21,474 nucleotides of DNA from Candidatus Hodarchaeum mangrovi. GTDB lineage: Archaea; Asgardarchaeota; Heimdallarchaeia; Hodarchaeales; Hodarchaeaceae. The translations under genes were made by a program, and so were the position numbers. Below are positions 8,361 through 16,976 of the stretch, piece after piece. The notes below the pieces were generated by a model, which was not told where the DNA came from, made no database searches, and worked only from the letters and a program-made list of their open reading frames with translations. The stretch's first letter is position 1; every line of letters begins with the position of its first letter. Where the stretch lies: assembly GCA_016839515.1 (NCBI GenBank), contig JAEOUE010000164.1, positions 1 through 21,474 on the forward strand, read 5' to 3'.

Positions 8361-8692
8361 AATTAACTTTGACACCCCCCCAAATAATGTTTTTATTATT
8401 TTGTACATTAATCTTAATAATTCTATTATTACTTTCACTAGATATTGTACTTCTTTCCAAGCTCTTTTCAAAAAAGAAAAAAAATAAAGAAACAGGTTTA
8501 TTGCAGGATATAATAAAAATTCAAGCCTTTATTACTACTAGACTGCAGGTAAACCAAAATTTAAAGCCTTTGGAGTCTATTTGTCCGACAGAGGCAATAA
8601 ACTACAATTCAGATAACCATTCCATTCAAATCTCAAAAAATCTATGTTTAGGAGTCCTCTGTTTGCGTTGTATTGACTACTTCAACAAATAA
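8357..8692 (+). CDS. Membrane-anchored ferredoxin-like protein (NuoI/EchF-like remnant, one predicted [4Fe-4S] site)
   Basis: N-terminal TM helix followed by KKKKNK, then ICPTEAI and CLGVLCLRC. GTGA start/stop overlap with the upstream gene. Confidence 0.65.
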   Translation: MKLTLTPPQIMFLLFCTLILIILLLLSLDIVLLSKLFSKKKKNKETGLLQDIIKIQAFITTRLQVNQNLKPLESICPTEAINYNSDNHSIQISKNLCLGVLCLRCIDYFNK

Positions 8693-8735
8693 GATCAAAT
8701 CAAGATTTTGATAAATCTCTTCCATCTAATATGTT

Positions 8736-8754
8736 AGAAAAAATAGAAAGAAAG
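8736..8754 (-). terminator. Oligo-T tract after ppsA (archaeal-type terminator)
   Basis: Minus strand reads CTTTCTTTCTATTTTTTCT immediately after the ppsA stop. Confidence 0.45.
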
Positions 8755-8756
8755 AC

Positions 8757-11201
8757 TTAAGGCGAAATCCCTAATTCTTTCTCTTTTTTAGCAATATCTA
8801 ATTTTGTTTTAACCACAGTATCAGGATTCAGGCTCATTGAATCAATACCGCATTCAACAAGAAAAGTCGCAAACTCCGGGAAATCACTAGGTGCTTGACC
8901 ACAAATACCTATTTTCCTACCCTTTTCTTTGGCGATTTTTATAACTGAAGCAACCAGTCTCTTTACAGACTCGTTTCGTTCATCATAAATATGAGCCACA
9001 AGCTCGGAGTCACGGTCAAGTCCTAATGCTAGTTGTGTGAGATCATTACTTCCAATAGAAAACCCATCGAAAACTTCAGCGAATCCATCAGCTTGAATGA
9101 CATTAGAAGGAATTTCAGCCATGACATATACTTCAAGCCCATTTTCACCCTGTTTTAGACCAGCTTCTGACATTACTTGAATGACTTTTCTGCCTTCTTC
9201 TACTGTTCTACAGAATGGAACCATAGTGATAACGTTAGTTAAACCCATATCATCTCGAACTCGTTTAATAGCTTCACATTCCATAACAAAGGCAGGTTTA
9301 AATGATTCATCATAATATCGAGAAGCACCACGCCATCCAATCATGGGATTACTCTCAGTTGGTTCATATAATTTTCCACCAATGAGATTTGCATACTCAT
9401 TTGTTTTAAAGTCCGATAATCTAACTACAACATCATTAGGATAGAACCCTGCAGCAATACGCCCTAATCCCATGGCCAATTGTTCAATAAAGAATTCACG
9501 TTTATTAGGATAAGCAGCAGTTAATTCATCGATCTTTCGAATAATGTCTCGAATCTCAGGATCTTTATCAGCTTTTTTCTTTAATTCATCATAATGATAA
9601 AGCGCTAAAGGATGAATACCTATATATGAATTGATAACAAATTCTTCACGTGCTAATCCTACACCATCATTGGGAATCTGGCCTTGAACAAAAGCCTTCT
9701 CTGGGATTCCTACATTCATCATAATTTTAGTACGAGTTTTTGGCATAGAGTCTAATTTTATTACATCAATTCTAAAGGGGAGAATTCCCTCGTAAATAAC
9801 ACCTTCTTGACCTTCTGAACAAGATACTGTCACTTCCTGGCTGTCTTTGAGAATATCTGTAGCATTTTCTGTCCCAATAATTGCTGGAATGCCTAGTTCA
9901 CGAGACACGATTGCTGCATGACACGTTCTACCACCTCTATTTGTAACAATAGCACTAGCAATCTTCATGATTGGTTCCCAATCAGGATCAGTCATATCAG
10001 TTACTAAGACTTCTCCTTTCTTGAACTCAGTAATCCGAGCAGAACTCTCAATAACATTCACTTTTCCCTGCCCAATTTTGGATCCAACAGCTTGACCAGT
10101 GACTAAAACCTTACTCTTTTCTTCTAATACATAAGTTTCAATTATATTAGCCTCTTTCTGGGAATGAACTGTTTCTGGACGAGCCTGAACAATATAGAGT
10201 TTCCCATCACCTTCGTAATCGCCATCACCATTTTTTGCCCATTCAATGTCCATAGCTTTTCCATAATGATCTTCAATAATTACAGACCATCTCGCCAGCT
10301 CTAATATCTCATCATCAGTTATACAATAATGTTGTCGCATCGAATCAGGAGTTTCTACATTCTTAGTTGGACGACGAAGATCAGATGTATAAACCATCAT
10401 AATTTCCTTGGATCCTAATCTTTTTCCAATTATTGGACGTTTTCCATGTTTTAAGGTTGGTTTGTGAACATAAAATTCATCTGGATTCACCACACCTTGA
10501 ACTACATTTTCGCCAAGCCCATAAGCACCAGTAATAAATACTGCATCCTTAAATCCTGATTCAGTATCAATGGAGAAAATAACTCCTGAAGCAGCAGAGT
10601 CAGATCTAACCATAATTTGGACCGCAATCGAAAGGTAAACGTCAAAATGACCAAATCCTTTATCTGTTCGATAAGAAATAGCACGATCAGTGAATAAACT
10701 GGCAAAACATGATTTGCATGCATCTAATAATGATTCTTCACCTCGTACGTTTAGGAAGGTTTCTTGTTGACCCGCAAAGGATGCATCAGGAAGATCTTCA
10801 GCCGTAGCGCTAGATCGAACAGCTACATCAACATCTGATCGTTCAACTAGTTCACAAAGTTTCTTATAAGCCATCCGAATTTCTTGTTCCAAATCAGCAG
10901 GAAGATCGGCATATCGAATAATTGACCGAACCTTACGACCTCTTTCTTGCAGATTCTTGATATCATGAGTGTCTAAGCCAGCAAGAGCATCACGAATAGA
11001 TTTCTCAATACCAGCATCCTTGAGAAGATGACGATAGGCAGTTGCTGTTACTGCAAACCCATTAGGAATATTGACACCTTTCTCAGTAAGGAAATGATAC
11101 ATCTCACCCAGAGACGCATTTTTACCCCCTACAAGAGGGACATCCGCGATTCTGAGTTCATCAAACCATAATATGTATTTCTCATTTCTGCTTTTTGACA
11201 T
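8757..11201 (-). CDS. ppsA: Phosphoenolpyruvate synthase (pyruvate, water dikinase)
   Basis: VGGKNASLGEM, VAVRSSATAEDLPDASFAGQQETFLN, DIEWA, VQARPETV, phospho-His motif GGRTCHAAIVSRELG, NPMIGWRGASRY, FSIGSNDLTQ, ICGQAPSD. Confidence 0.98.
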   Translation of the reverse strand: MSKSRNEKYILWFDELRIADVPLVGGKNASLGEMYHFLTEKGVNIPNGFAVTATAYRHLLKDAGIEKSIRDALAGLDTHDIKNLQERGRKVRSIIRYADLPADLEQEIRMAYKKLCELVERSDVDVAVRSSATAEDLPDASFAGQQETFLNVRGEESLLDACKSCFASLFTDRAISYRTDKGFGHFDVYLSIAVQIMVRSDSAASGVIFSIDTESGFKDAVFITGAYGLGENVVQGVVNPDEFYVHKPTLKHGKRPIIGKRLGSKEIMMVYTSDLRRPTKNVETPDSMRQHYCITDDEILELARWSVIIEDHYGKAMDIEWAKNGDGDYEGDGKLYIVQARPETVHSQKEANIIETYVLEEKSKVLVTGQAVGSKIGQGKVNVIESSARITEFKKGEVLVTDMTDPDWEPIMKIASAIVTNRGGRTCHAAIVSRELGIPAIIGTENATDILKDSQEVTVSCSEGQEGVIYEGILPFRIDVIKLDSMPKTRTKIMMNVGIPEKAFVQGQIPNDGVGLAREEFVINSYIGIHPLALYHYDELKKKADKDPEIRDIIRKIDELTAAYPNKREFFIEQLAMGLGRIAAGFYPNDVVVRLSDFKTNEYANLIGGKLYEPTESNPMIGWRGASRYYDESFKPAFVMECEAIKRVRDDMGLTNVITMVPFCRTVEEGRKVIQVMSEAGLKQGENGLEVYVMAEIPSNVIQADGFAEVFDGFSIGSNDLTQLALGLDRDSELVAHIYDERNESVKRLVASVIKIAKEKGRKIGICGQAPSDFPEFATFLVECGIDSMSLNPDTVVKTKLDIAKKEKELGISP

Positions 11202-11321
11202 TGTTTACACACGTTTAGAATTTATTTTAGAATTAAAATTATTTTTTCTTATTAAAGACGATTTTATCTCCAAGGATTGGTATTTTCGTCAAATTAACGA
11301 GTCTGAATCTGACTTAATAAA

Positions 11322-11343
11322 TGTAATTTTTAACAAAATTACA
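11322..11343. promoter_or_regulatory. Perfect 9-bp inverted repeat upstream of ppsA, candidate operator
   Basis: TGTAATTTT-TAAC-AAAATTACA, about 120-140 bp upstream of the ppsA start. Confidence 0.35.
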
Positions 11344-11455
11344 ATTCAACCATCTAATTTATACAGTTGGTACAAAACTTTATTCCATCCCTTTACTAAT
11401 TAATATTACAAAAAGATTTGATAATCTGTACTATTTTGGTCGCGTAAGAATAGTG

Positions 11456-11475
11456 AAAAAAGGGAAAAGAAAAAG
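11456..11475 (-). terminator. Oligo-T tract after eno
   Basis: Minus strand reads CTTTTTCTTTTCCCTTTTTT starting about 16 nt after the eno stop. Confidence 0.5.
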
Positions 11476-11491
11476 ATTAGATATGCTTATC

Positions 11492-12766
11492 TTATAGGTT
11501 TCTAAAATTCTTTCCTGCGTACTTGGCGTGATCTCCTAACTGTTCTTCAATGCGAATCAATTGATTATACTTGGCAAGACGTTCAGAGCGACAGGGTGCT
11601 CCAGTTTTAATCTGTCCTGTTTTAAGTCCAACAACTAAGTCGGCAATAAAAGGATCTTCGGTTTCACCCGAACGATGACTTACCATAACACCCCATTTAT
11701 TTTGATGAGAAAGCATTGCGGCTTTTATACTTTCAGTAATTGAACCAATTTGGTTAACCTTTAGTAAAAGAGCATTACATGCTTTTTTCTCAACTGCAGT
11801 CCGAATTCGTTTTACATTCGTGACAAGAAGATCATCACCGACGATTTGGATTTTATCCCCGTTACGAGCAGTAAATTTTTGGAATGTACTCCAATCATCT
11901 TGATCAAATGCATCTTCAATTGATATTATCGGGTATTTTTCAATAAATCCCTCATAAACTTCAATAAATTCATCAGAACTTAATTCCTTTCCATCAACTA
12001 AGTACTTCCCATCATGGTAAAATTCTGAAGCAGCGGGATCAAGTGCTATTTGAAATTTCCCTGTATGACCTGCTTTATCAATAGCATCCATAAGTAACTT
12101 TAAAGGTTCTTCAACCTTATTTAAAGGAGGTGCAAATCCACCTTCATCCCCAACATTGACTGCCGTAACACCATGTTTTGCCTTAATAATTTTCTTCAAA
12201 TTATGATAAACTTCAACTCCTAAAACCATGGCTTCCTTGAAACTTGGTGCATCAATTGGAAGAATCATGAATTCTTGAAAAGCAATATTGTTTCCACCGT
12301 GCTTACCACCATTAATGACATTTAAACAAGGTATAGGGAGAATAAACTTATTATTTCCCCTTAAATTTCCAATATGATTATATAATGGAATTTTTTGACT
12401 TATAGCACCTGCTTTACAGATTGCCATGGAAACACCTAATATTGCATTAGCACCAAGTTTTGATTTATTCTCTGAACCATCAAGATTAATCATTAATTTA
12501 TCAATCTCCTCCTGATTGGCTGGGTCCATTCCTACGACCTTAGGTGCAATCTTATTATTTACATTAGTTATTGCTTTCGAAACAGACTTTCCCATAAGTC
12601 TAGAGCCTCCATCTCGGAGTTCTAGAGCCTCATAAACACCTGTTGATGCGCCTGATGGCACCATTCCTCGCGTAATTGTTCCACTATCGAGATGACATTC
12701 AACTTCTACAGTGGGATTTCCCCGTGAATCAAAAACTTCTCTTGCATGAATTTTCTTAATTTTCAT
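11492..12766 (-). CDS. eno: Enolase (phosphopyruvate hydratase)
   Basis: [68 protein letters not shown]. Start moved from 12787 to the ATG at 12766 ([10 protein letters not shown]), which matches the family N-terminus and follows an AAGGA. Confidence 0.98.
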   Translation of the reverse strand: MKIKKIHAREVFDSRGNPTVEVECHLDSGTITRGMVPSGASTGVYEALELRDGGSRLMGKSVSKAITNVNNKIAPKVVGMDPANQEEIDKLMINLDGSENKSKLGANAILGVSMAICKAGAISQKIPLYNHIGNLRGNNKFILPIPCLNVINGGKHGGNNIAFQEFMILPIDAPSFKEAMVLGVEVYHNLKKIIKAKHGVTAVNVGDEGGFAPPLNKVEEPLKLLMDAIDKAGHTGKFQIALDPAASEFYHDGKYLVDGKELSSDEFIEVYEGFIEKYPIISIEDAFDQDDWSTFQKFTARNGDKIQIVGDDLLVTNVKRIRTAVEKKACNALLLKVNQIGSITESIKAAMLSHQNKWGVMVSHRSGETEDPFIADLVVGLKTGQIKTGAPCRSERLAKYNQLIRIEEQLGDHAKYAGKNFRNL

Positions 12767-12875
12767 TTCCTTTCGTCCTTTAAACATCTCTTTATCAATT
12801 AAAGATTATCATTTCCATAAAATAACTTATCACTCAATCTTTGTCAAAATGATTTTCAATGTTATTCGAAATAAT

Positions 12876-13862
12876 CTAATAAATTGGAATTTTCTTTCCT
12901 TTAAGTTGCAATCTTTTTTCCCAAATTTTGGAATAAGAAATCCAAGGGTCCGGAACACGAACAGTAATACCTCTGGGTTTTGTGATGAATGTCTCAGGTA
13001 AAAAACCAAGAATTTCTCCATCTGCTTGATATAAGCATTTATTTGCTACAGACTCAACAAAAAATTTAGTTCCTTGAAAAGTTTCGACCTTAGAATGATA
13101 GACATGTTCACCATCATAAATAAGTCTAAATAAACGAAGTAATGTAAAACGACTGACTTTTTTTAAAGCAGTTGTATGAAATATACCATCTTGAACCGAA
13201 GCTGCTGGGCAGATATGCATACCTCCACCATAACGTGTACCATTTCCAATCGCAAGGAGCATTCTTCTCGCTTGGATGGGATCCTGGTCATCTATTGTAA
13301 TTTTTAAATCATAAGGTCGGAATTTTAAGATAGTCTCGAATACAGCAATTTGATAATTTTTTGCTCCTTTGCGTTTCTTTCCGCTTCTATTAGCACGGTT
13401 TGCGACCTCTGCATCAAATCCCATTGAGGCTGCTCCTGCAAAGTATCTATCTGCATTCACACAATAGCCAACATCAAAAGATAAATTGCTACCATTAACT
13501 AGACATTGAATAGCAGCATTTAAATCTTTTTCAGGAATCCCAAAAACTGTGGGAATATCATCTCCTGACCCTAAGGGAATAGCAGCAAATATTCCCTTCT
13601 TATCTGCTTTAAGGACCCCATTTAACACTTCGTTTGCGGTTCCGTCTCCTCCTATTGCACATATAATTTCATATCCCTCGCTTACACGTTGTTTAGCAAT
13701 ATCAATTGCATGATGAGGGTACGAAGTGAACTCGAAATCATAATCAATTCCAATTTCATCAATTAATGGTTTTATAATCTCAGGCCATTGTTTTTTTACA
13801 CGACCGCCCCCAGCAGTGGGATTGATTATCATAAAATACTTCTTCAAGACGAAACCATCCAA
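12876..13862 (-). CDS. Diacylglycerol kinase-family lipid kinase (YegS/DgkB/sphingosine-kinase fold)
   Basis: INPTAGGG, GGDGTANEVLNG, IPLGSGDD, MGFDAEV, GNGTRYGGG, YQADGE. Start is a TTG at 13862 or 13847. Confidence 0.92.
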   Translation of the reverse strand: MDGFVLKKYFMIINPTAGGGRVKKQWPEIIKPLIDEIGIDYDFEFTSYPHHAIDIAKQRVSEGYEIICAIGGDGTANEVLNGVLKADKKGIFAAIPLGSGDDIPTVFGIPEKDLNAAIQCLVNGSNLSFDVGYCVNADRYFAGAASMGFDAEVANRANRSGKKRKGAKNYQIAVFETILKFRPYDLKITIDDQDPIQARRMLLAIGNGTRYGGGMHICPAASVQDGIFHTTALKKVSRFTLLRLFRLIYDGEHVYHSKVETFQGTKFFVESVANKCLYQADGEILGFLPETFITKPRGITVRVPDPWISYSKIWEKRLQLKGKKIPIY

Positions 13863-13989
13863 AATGATTGAAAATTGGGAAAATCAATTATTCTATTAAA
13901 GAAAATAATTTAATTATTATTCTTATCTCCTTTAATAAACCTCTATGCTTTTTATCATTTAAGCAATAATTTGGACAATTTATGATTTT

Positions 13990-14376
13990 TTAATTAATTT
14001 TTGAATAAAATGATAATAAATATCCATCTGGATCTTTGAAGGTAAATTCTCTATCTCCCCAGGGCTTATTTTCAATATCATCAATTATTTCTACTTTATC
14101 TCGAAAGTTTTTATATAATTCATCTACATCTGTAACTCTAATATAAAATTGAACCCCAGAACCATCAATCCCTCTTGGGTGGAGCTTGTGGTTAATATCA
14201 GGAAAAGTTCTTCCGATACCAAAACGATCATTTCCAATACGAACAGCGATCCATGTAGGATTCTCATTATTTGGATAATATTCATCTATTTCAAATCTTA
14301 AAATGTCCCGATAGAATTTAATTGAATTTTCAATGTTTTTTGTGTAAATCATTGGTTCTAATTTCATTAGATTCAC
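13990..14376 (-). CDS. VOC-family (glyoxalase/bleomycin-resistance) protein
   Basis: NIENSIKFYRDILRF, V.DVDELY, KPWGDREFTFKDPDGY. Start may be the ATG at 14367. Confidence 0.9.
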   Translation of the reverse strand: MNLMKLEPMIYTKNIENSIKFYRDILRFEIDEYYPNNENPTWIAVRIGNDRFGIGRTFPDINHKLHPRGIDGSGVQFYIRVTDVDELYKNFRDKVEIIDDIENKPWGDREFTFKDPDGYLLSFYSKIN

Positions 14377-14495
14377 TTACTCACAACAATGAATAATTGT
14401 GTAATAGTATCTTCTAGGTTATTCTCTCTTATATCTAAAGGAGTTTGGTATCAAACCGAATGATAATGAATTGTGTGTTGTTCTTAATATACATC

Positions 14496-16700
14496 TCATG
14501 TGAAACTATAATTTACTAATGGAAGATCAGCTAATGCTTCTGCTATAATTTCAACAAGATCTTTTACCTCGAAAATCTCCTCAAATTGTTGTGTTTTTAC
14601 TGCATCAGTTAACATCGACATACAGAAAGGACAAGCAGTTACCAATAGTTTTTTCCTCTGAGTACTTTTTACATTATCTGCTTTAAATTCATTAAAGGTC
14701 TTTCTAGCCTCTCGAACCCGTCGTTCAGAAATACGCATTTCTACCCATTCAGGGGTGTCTCTGAACATATTTCCTCCACCACCTCCACAACAATAAGAAA
14801 ACTGTTTATGATTTGGCATTTCAGAGAGTTTAATCCCGGGTATAGCCTGAAGCAATTTTCGAGGAGCATCAAAAATATTATTATACCGCCCTAAATAACA
14901 TGGATCATGGAAAACCACATCATAATTTAATTCTTTCGAAAATTTAAGTCTACCATCTTCAAACAGTTCAGAAAGTAATTGACTTATGTGTACAACATCA
15001 AATTTTCCCCCATATTCGGGATATTCATTTTTAATTGTATTATAGGCATGAGGTGATGAACACACAATTCTTTTAACCTCTCGTTTTTTAAACATCTGAA
15101 TATTTTCTTCAGCAAGCATCTGGAATAGGGCTTCTTCTCCTATTCGACGCATTTCATTACCATCGTTCTTTTCAGCGTCTTCAAAAGTTCCATAATCAAG
15201 CCCAATCTTATTAAATATTTCATAGGTTGCACGAGCTACTTTTTGATTTCGTGGGTCATATGCTAAAGTATCCCCTGGTAACCAAAGAAGTTTTGACTCT
15301 GAATCTTTTATTTTAGGAAGGATTCCCTCCTTTAACCATTGTGTTCGATCTCTTTTAGGTTGATTCCAAACATTCCCATATTGATAAACTGATTCAAGCA
15401 TTGTAGTAAAAGTTCCAGGAACTAATCCTTGTTCTACAAGTGTAGCTCTTAATCCAACGATCATATCAACGTGATTAATCATATGAGGACAAGCATTGAC
15501 ACAAGCATAACAGGTCACACAAGCCCATAAAACATCTTCAGTTAAACCAGATTTTTCTTGATTATCAGCTAGTATAGGGACATTTTTTTGAGAACGAATC
15601 AATCCGTATTGCTTTTTTCCCCAATCACGAATATTCTGGATAACTTTCAAAGGGGAAAGTGGTTCCCCTGAGTCTTGAGCAGGACAATAATTATGACAAA
15701 AATGACACTTCATACAAGCAGAAGCTTCCAAGAGTTGGTAAAAGGAGAAATCTTCTATTTTACTTATTCCCTCAGCAGGAAAATTAAGTTGTCCTTTGGG
15801 GATCTCAATATCCTTTAGAAGTATGTTTGCAACCCCAATGCCTACATGGAAAAATTTACCAAATGTAAGATATACAGCTCCAATAAACGCTGCTGTCAGA
15901 TGAGTAAAGTAAAAGAAACTATGAAGCGCAAAAATTTGTGAATTGGTAATATTTGGTGTTAAAAAATATATTATTTGTGCTACTGGCATTGAAATAAATG
16001 ATACCCACTCAAACTCAATAAAATCAGGAGTGTTAATTAATCCATAGAGAATTCTTGTACTTTCGACAAAAAATCCTGAAAATGCTACCCAGAAGAGAAG
16101 GAGTAAAAGGAGTAAATCTTCAAAGCCAGCACGAGGATAATAATCACGATCAATACCATATCGTCTAATAATTGCAAGCAAAACTCCTAAGAAAAGAAGT
16201 ACTCCTGCAAAATCAGCTGCAAATGAGTAAGCCAAATATATTGGTCCAATAAGTAACTTTTCATGAAAAATATATTCATGTATAGTTGCAATTATTGTTG
16301 CTATCATGGCTCCAAGAAAACCCAACATAATCATTAAATGTGCTGCAAAACTTGTTTTTCCCCGAGTATCTCGCTTAAATATTCCTCCACCAATGCTATA
16401 ATAGATCCTTTTCAGGAAAGAGCGTGAAAAAAGGTTTTTAAACCCCTTCTTCATAACAGAAACAAAAAATGAGAAAAATTTCTGATCAGATCTATCATAT
16501 CTCCCATGAAACCAAACACGTATCCCACGATAAATACCAATTATGACTATTATAGTTGCAATTAAAGCACTGATGTAAATTAAGTTAGTAATAACTTGAC
16601 CATAGGGTTCAATCCCTTTTGGCCAATACATTTTTCTTTCTGCGGTCCAAAACCATTCCTGTAATATTTTAAGAATTTCTTGAAACATTTTTAAACCCAT
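14496..16700 (-). CDS. Membrane-bound FeS oxidoreductase, FadF/EMO type (NarI-like cytochrome b + 2x[4Fe-4S] + CCG domains)
   Basis: About 6 TM helices with candidate heme His residues (AAHLM, TIHEY, ALHSFFYFTHL, KFFHV); CMKCHFCHNYCP and CVTCYACVNACP; HDPCYLGR, CCGGGGG, ACPFC. Adjacent to etfAB and an acyl-CoA dehydrogenase. Confidence 0.9.
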   Translation of the reverse strand: MGLKMFQEILKILQEWFWTAERKMYWPKGIEPYGQVITNLIYISALIATIIVIIGIYRGIRVWFHGRYDRSDQKFFSFFVSVMKKGFKNLFSRSFLKRIYYSIGGGIFKRDTRGKTSFAAHLMIMLGFLGAMIATIIATIHEYIFHEKLLIGPIYLAYSFAADFAGVLLFLGVLLAIIRRYGIDRDYYPRAGFEDLLLLLLLFWVAFSGFFVESTRILYGLINTPDFIEFEWVSFISMPVAQIIYFLTPNITNSQIFALHSFFYFTHLTAAFIGAVYLTFGKFFHVGIGVANILLKDIEIPKGQLNFPAEGISKIEDFSFYQLLEASACMKCHFCHNYCPAQDSGEPLSPLKVIQNIRDWGKKQYGLIRSQKNVPILADNQEKSGLTEDVLWACVTCYACVNACPHMINHVDMIVGLRATLVEQGLVPGTFTTMLESVYQYGNVWNQPKRDRTQWLKEGILPKIKDSESKLLWLPGDTLAYDPRNQKVARATYEIFNKIGLDYGTFEDAEKNDGNEMRRIGEEALFQMLAEENIQMFKKREVKRIVCSSPHAYNTIKNEYPEYGGKFDVVHISQLLSELFEDGRLKFSKELNYDVVFHDPCYLGRYNNIFDAPRKLLQAIPGIKLSEMPNHKQFSYCCGGGGGNMFRDTPEWVEMRISERRVREARKTFNEFKADNVKSTQRKKLLVTACPFCMSMLTDAVKTQQFEEIFEVKDLVEIIAEALADLPLVNYSFT

Positions 16701-16852
16701 AATTCATTTGACTTGTTTTGCAAAGAATAATTTGCTTATAATCTTGAAGATTCTTAGAAGTATTTAGTAGGACATAAAATATTCTAAATCAAGAAGATAT
16801 AAAGCAGTTCCAACACTATTGTCCTTTTTCGGAAATTATTTCTTGTTATTGA

Positions 16853-16873
16853 CAAAACTTATTTGAAGTTTTG
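16853..16873. promoter_or_regulatory. Perfect 8-bp inverted repeat upstream of the FadF/EMO-like gene
   Basis: CAAAACTT-ATTTG-AAGTTTTG. A minus-strand TTTATA (16798-16803) lies between it and the start codon. Confidence 0.3.
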
Positions 16874-16940
16874 GCGATTATAATTCAGCTGTTTAATAAG
16901 ACTCAAGGTCATTAAACTAGTAATGTAAAAATTGATTTCA

Positions 16941-16976
16941 GAAAAGAAAAAAGAAAACAGTTTAGATAGTCTAAAC
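16941..16976 (-). terminator. Short hairpin plus oligo-T tract ending the acd-etfB-etfA transcript
   Basis: GTTTAGA-TAG-TCTAAAC (16960-16976) overlaps the etfA stop and is followed on the minus strand by TTTTCTTTTTTCTTTTC. Confidence 0.5.

Noticed and set aside
10502-13021. ORFs 10502-10723 (-), 11173-11403 (+) and 12830-13021 (-)
   Set aside because: They overlap ppsA or the lipid kinase in other frames or strands, or run through an AT-rich promoter region; no motifs or convincing RBS.
14496-16700. Heterodisulfide reductase as a sign of methanogenesis
   Set aside because: The first CCG site is degenerate and the context is ETF/acyl-CoA dehydrogenase, which fits FadF/EMO.
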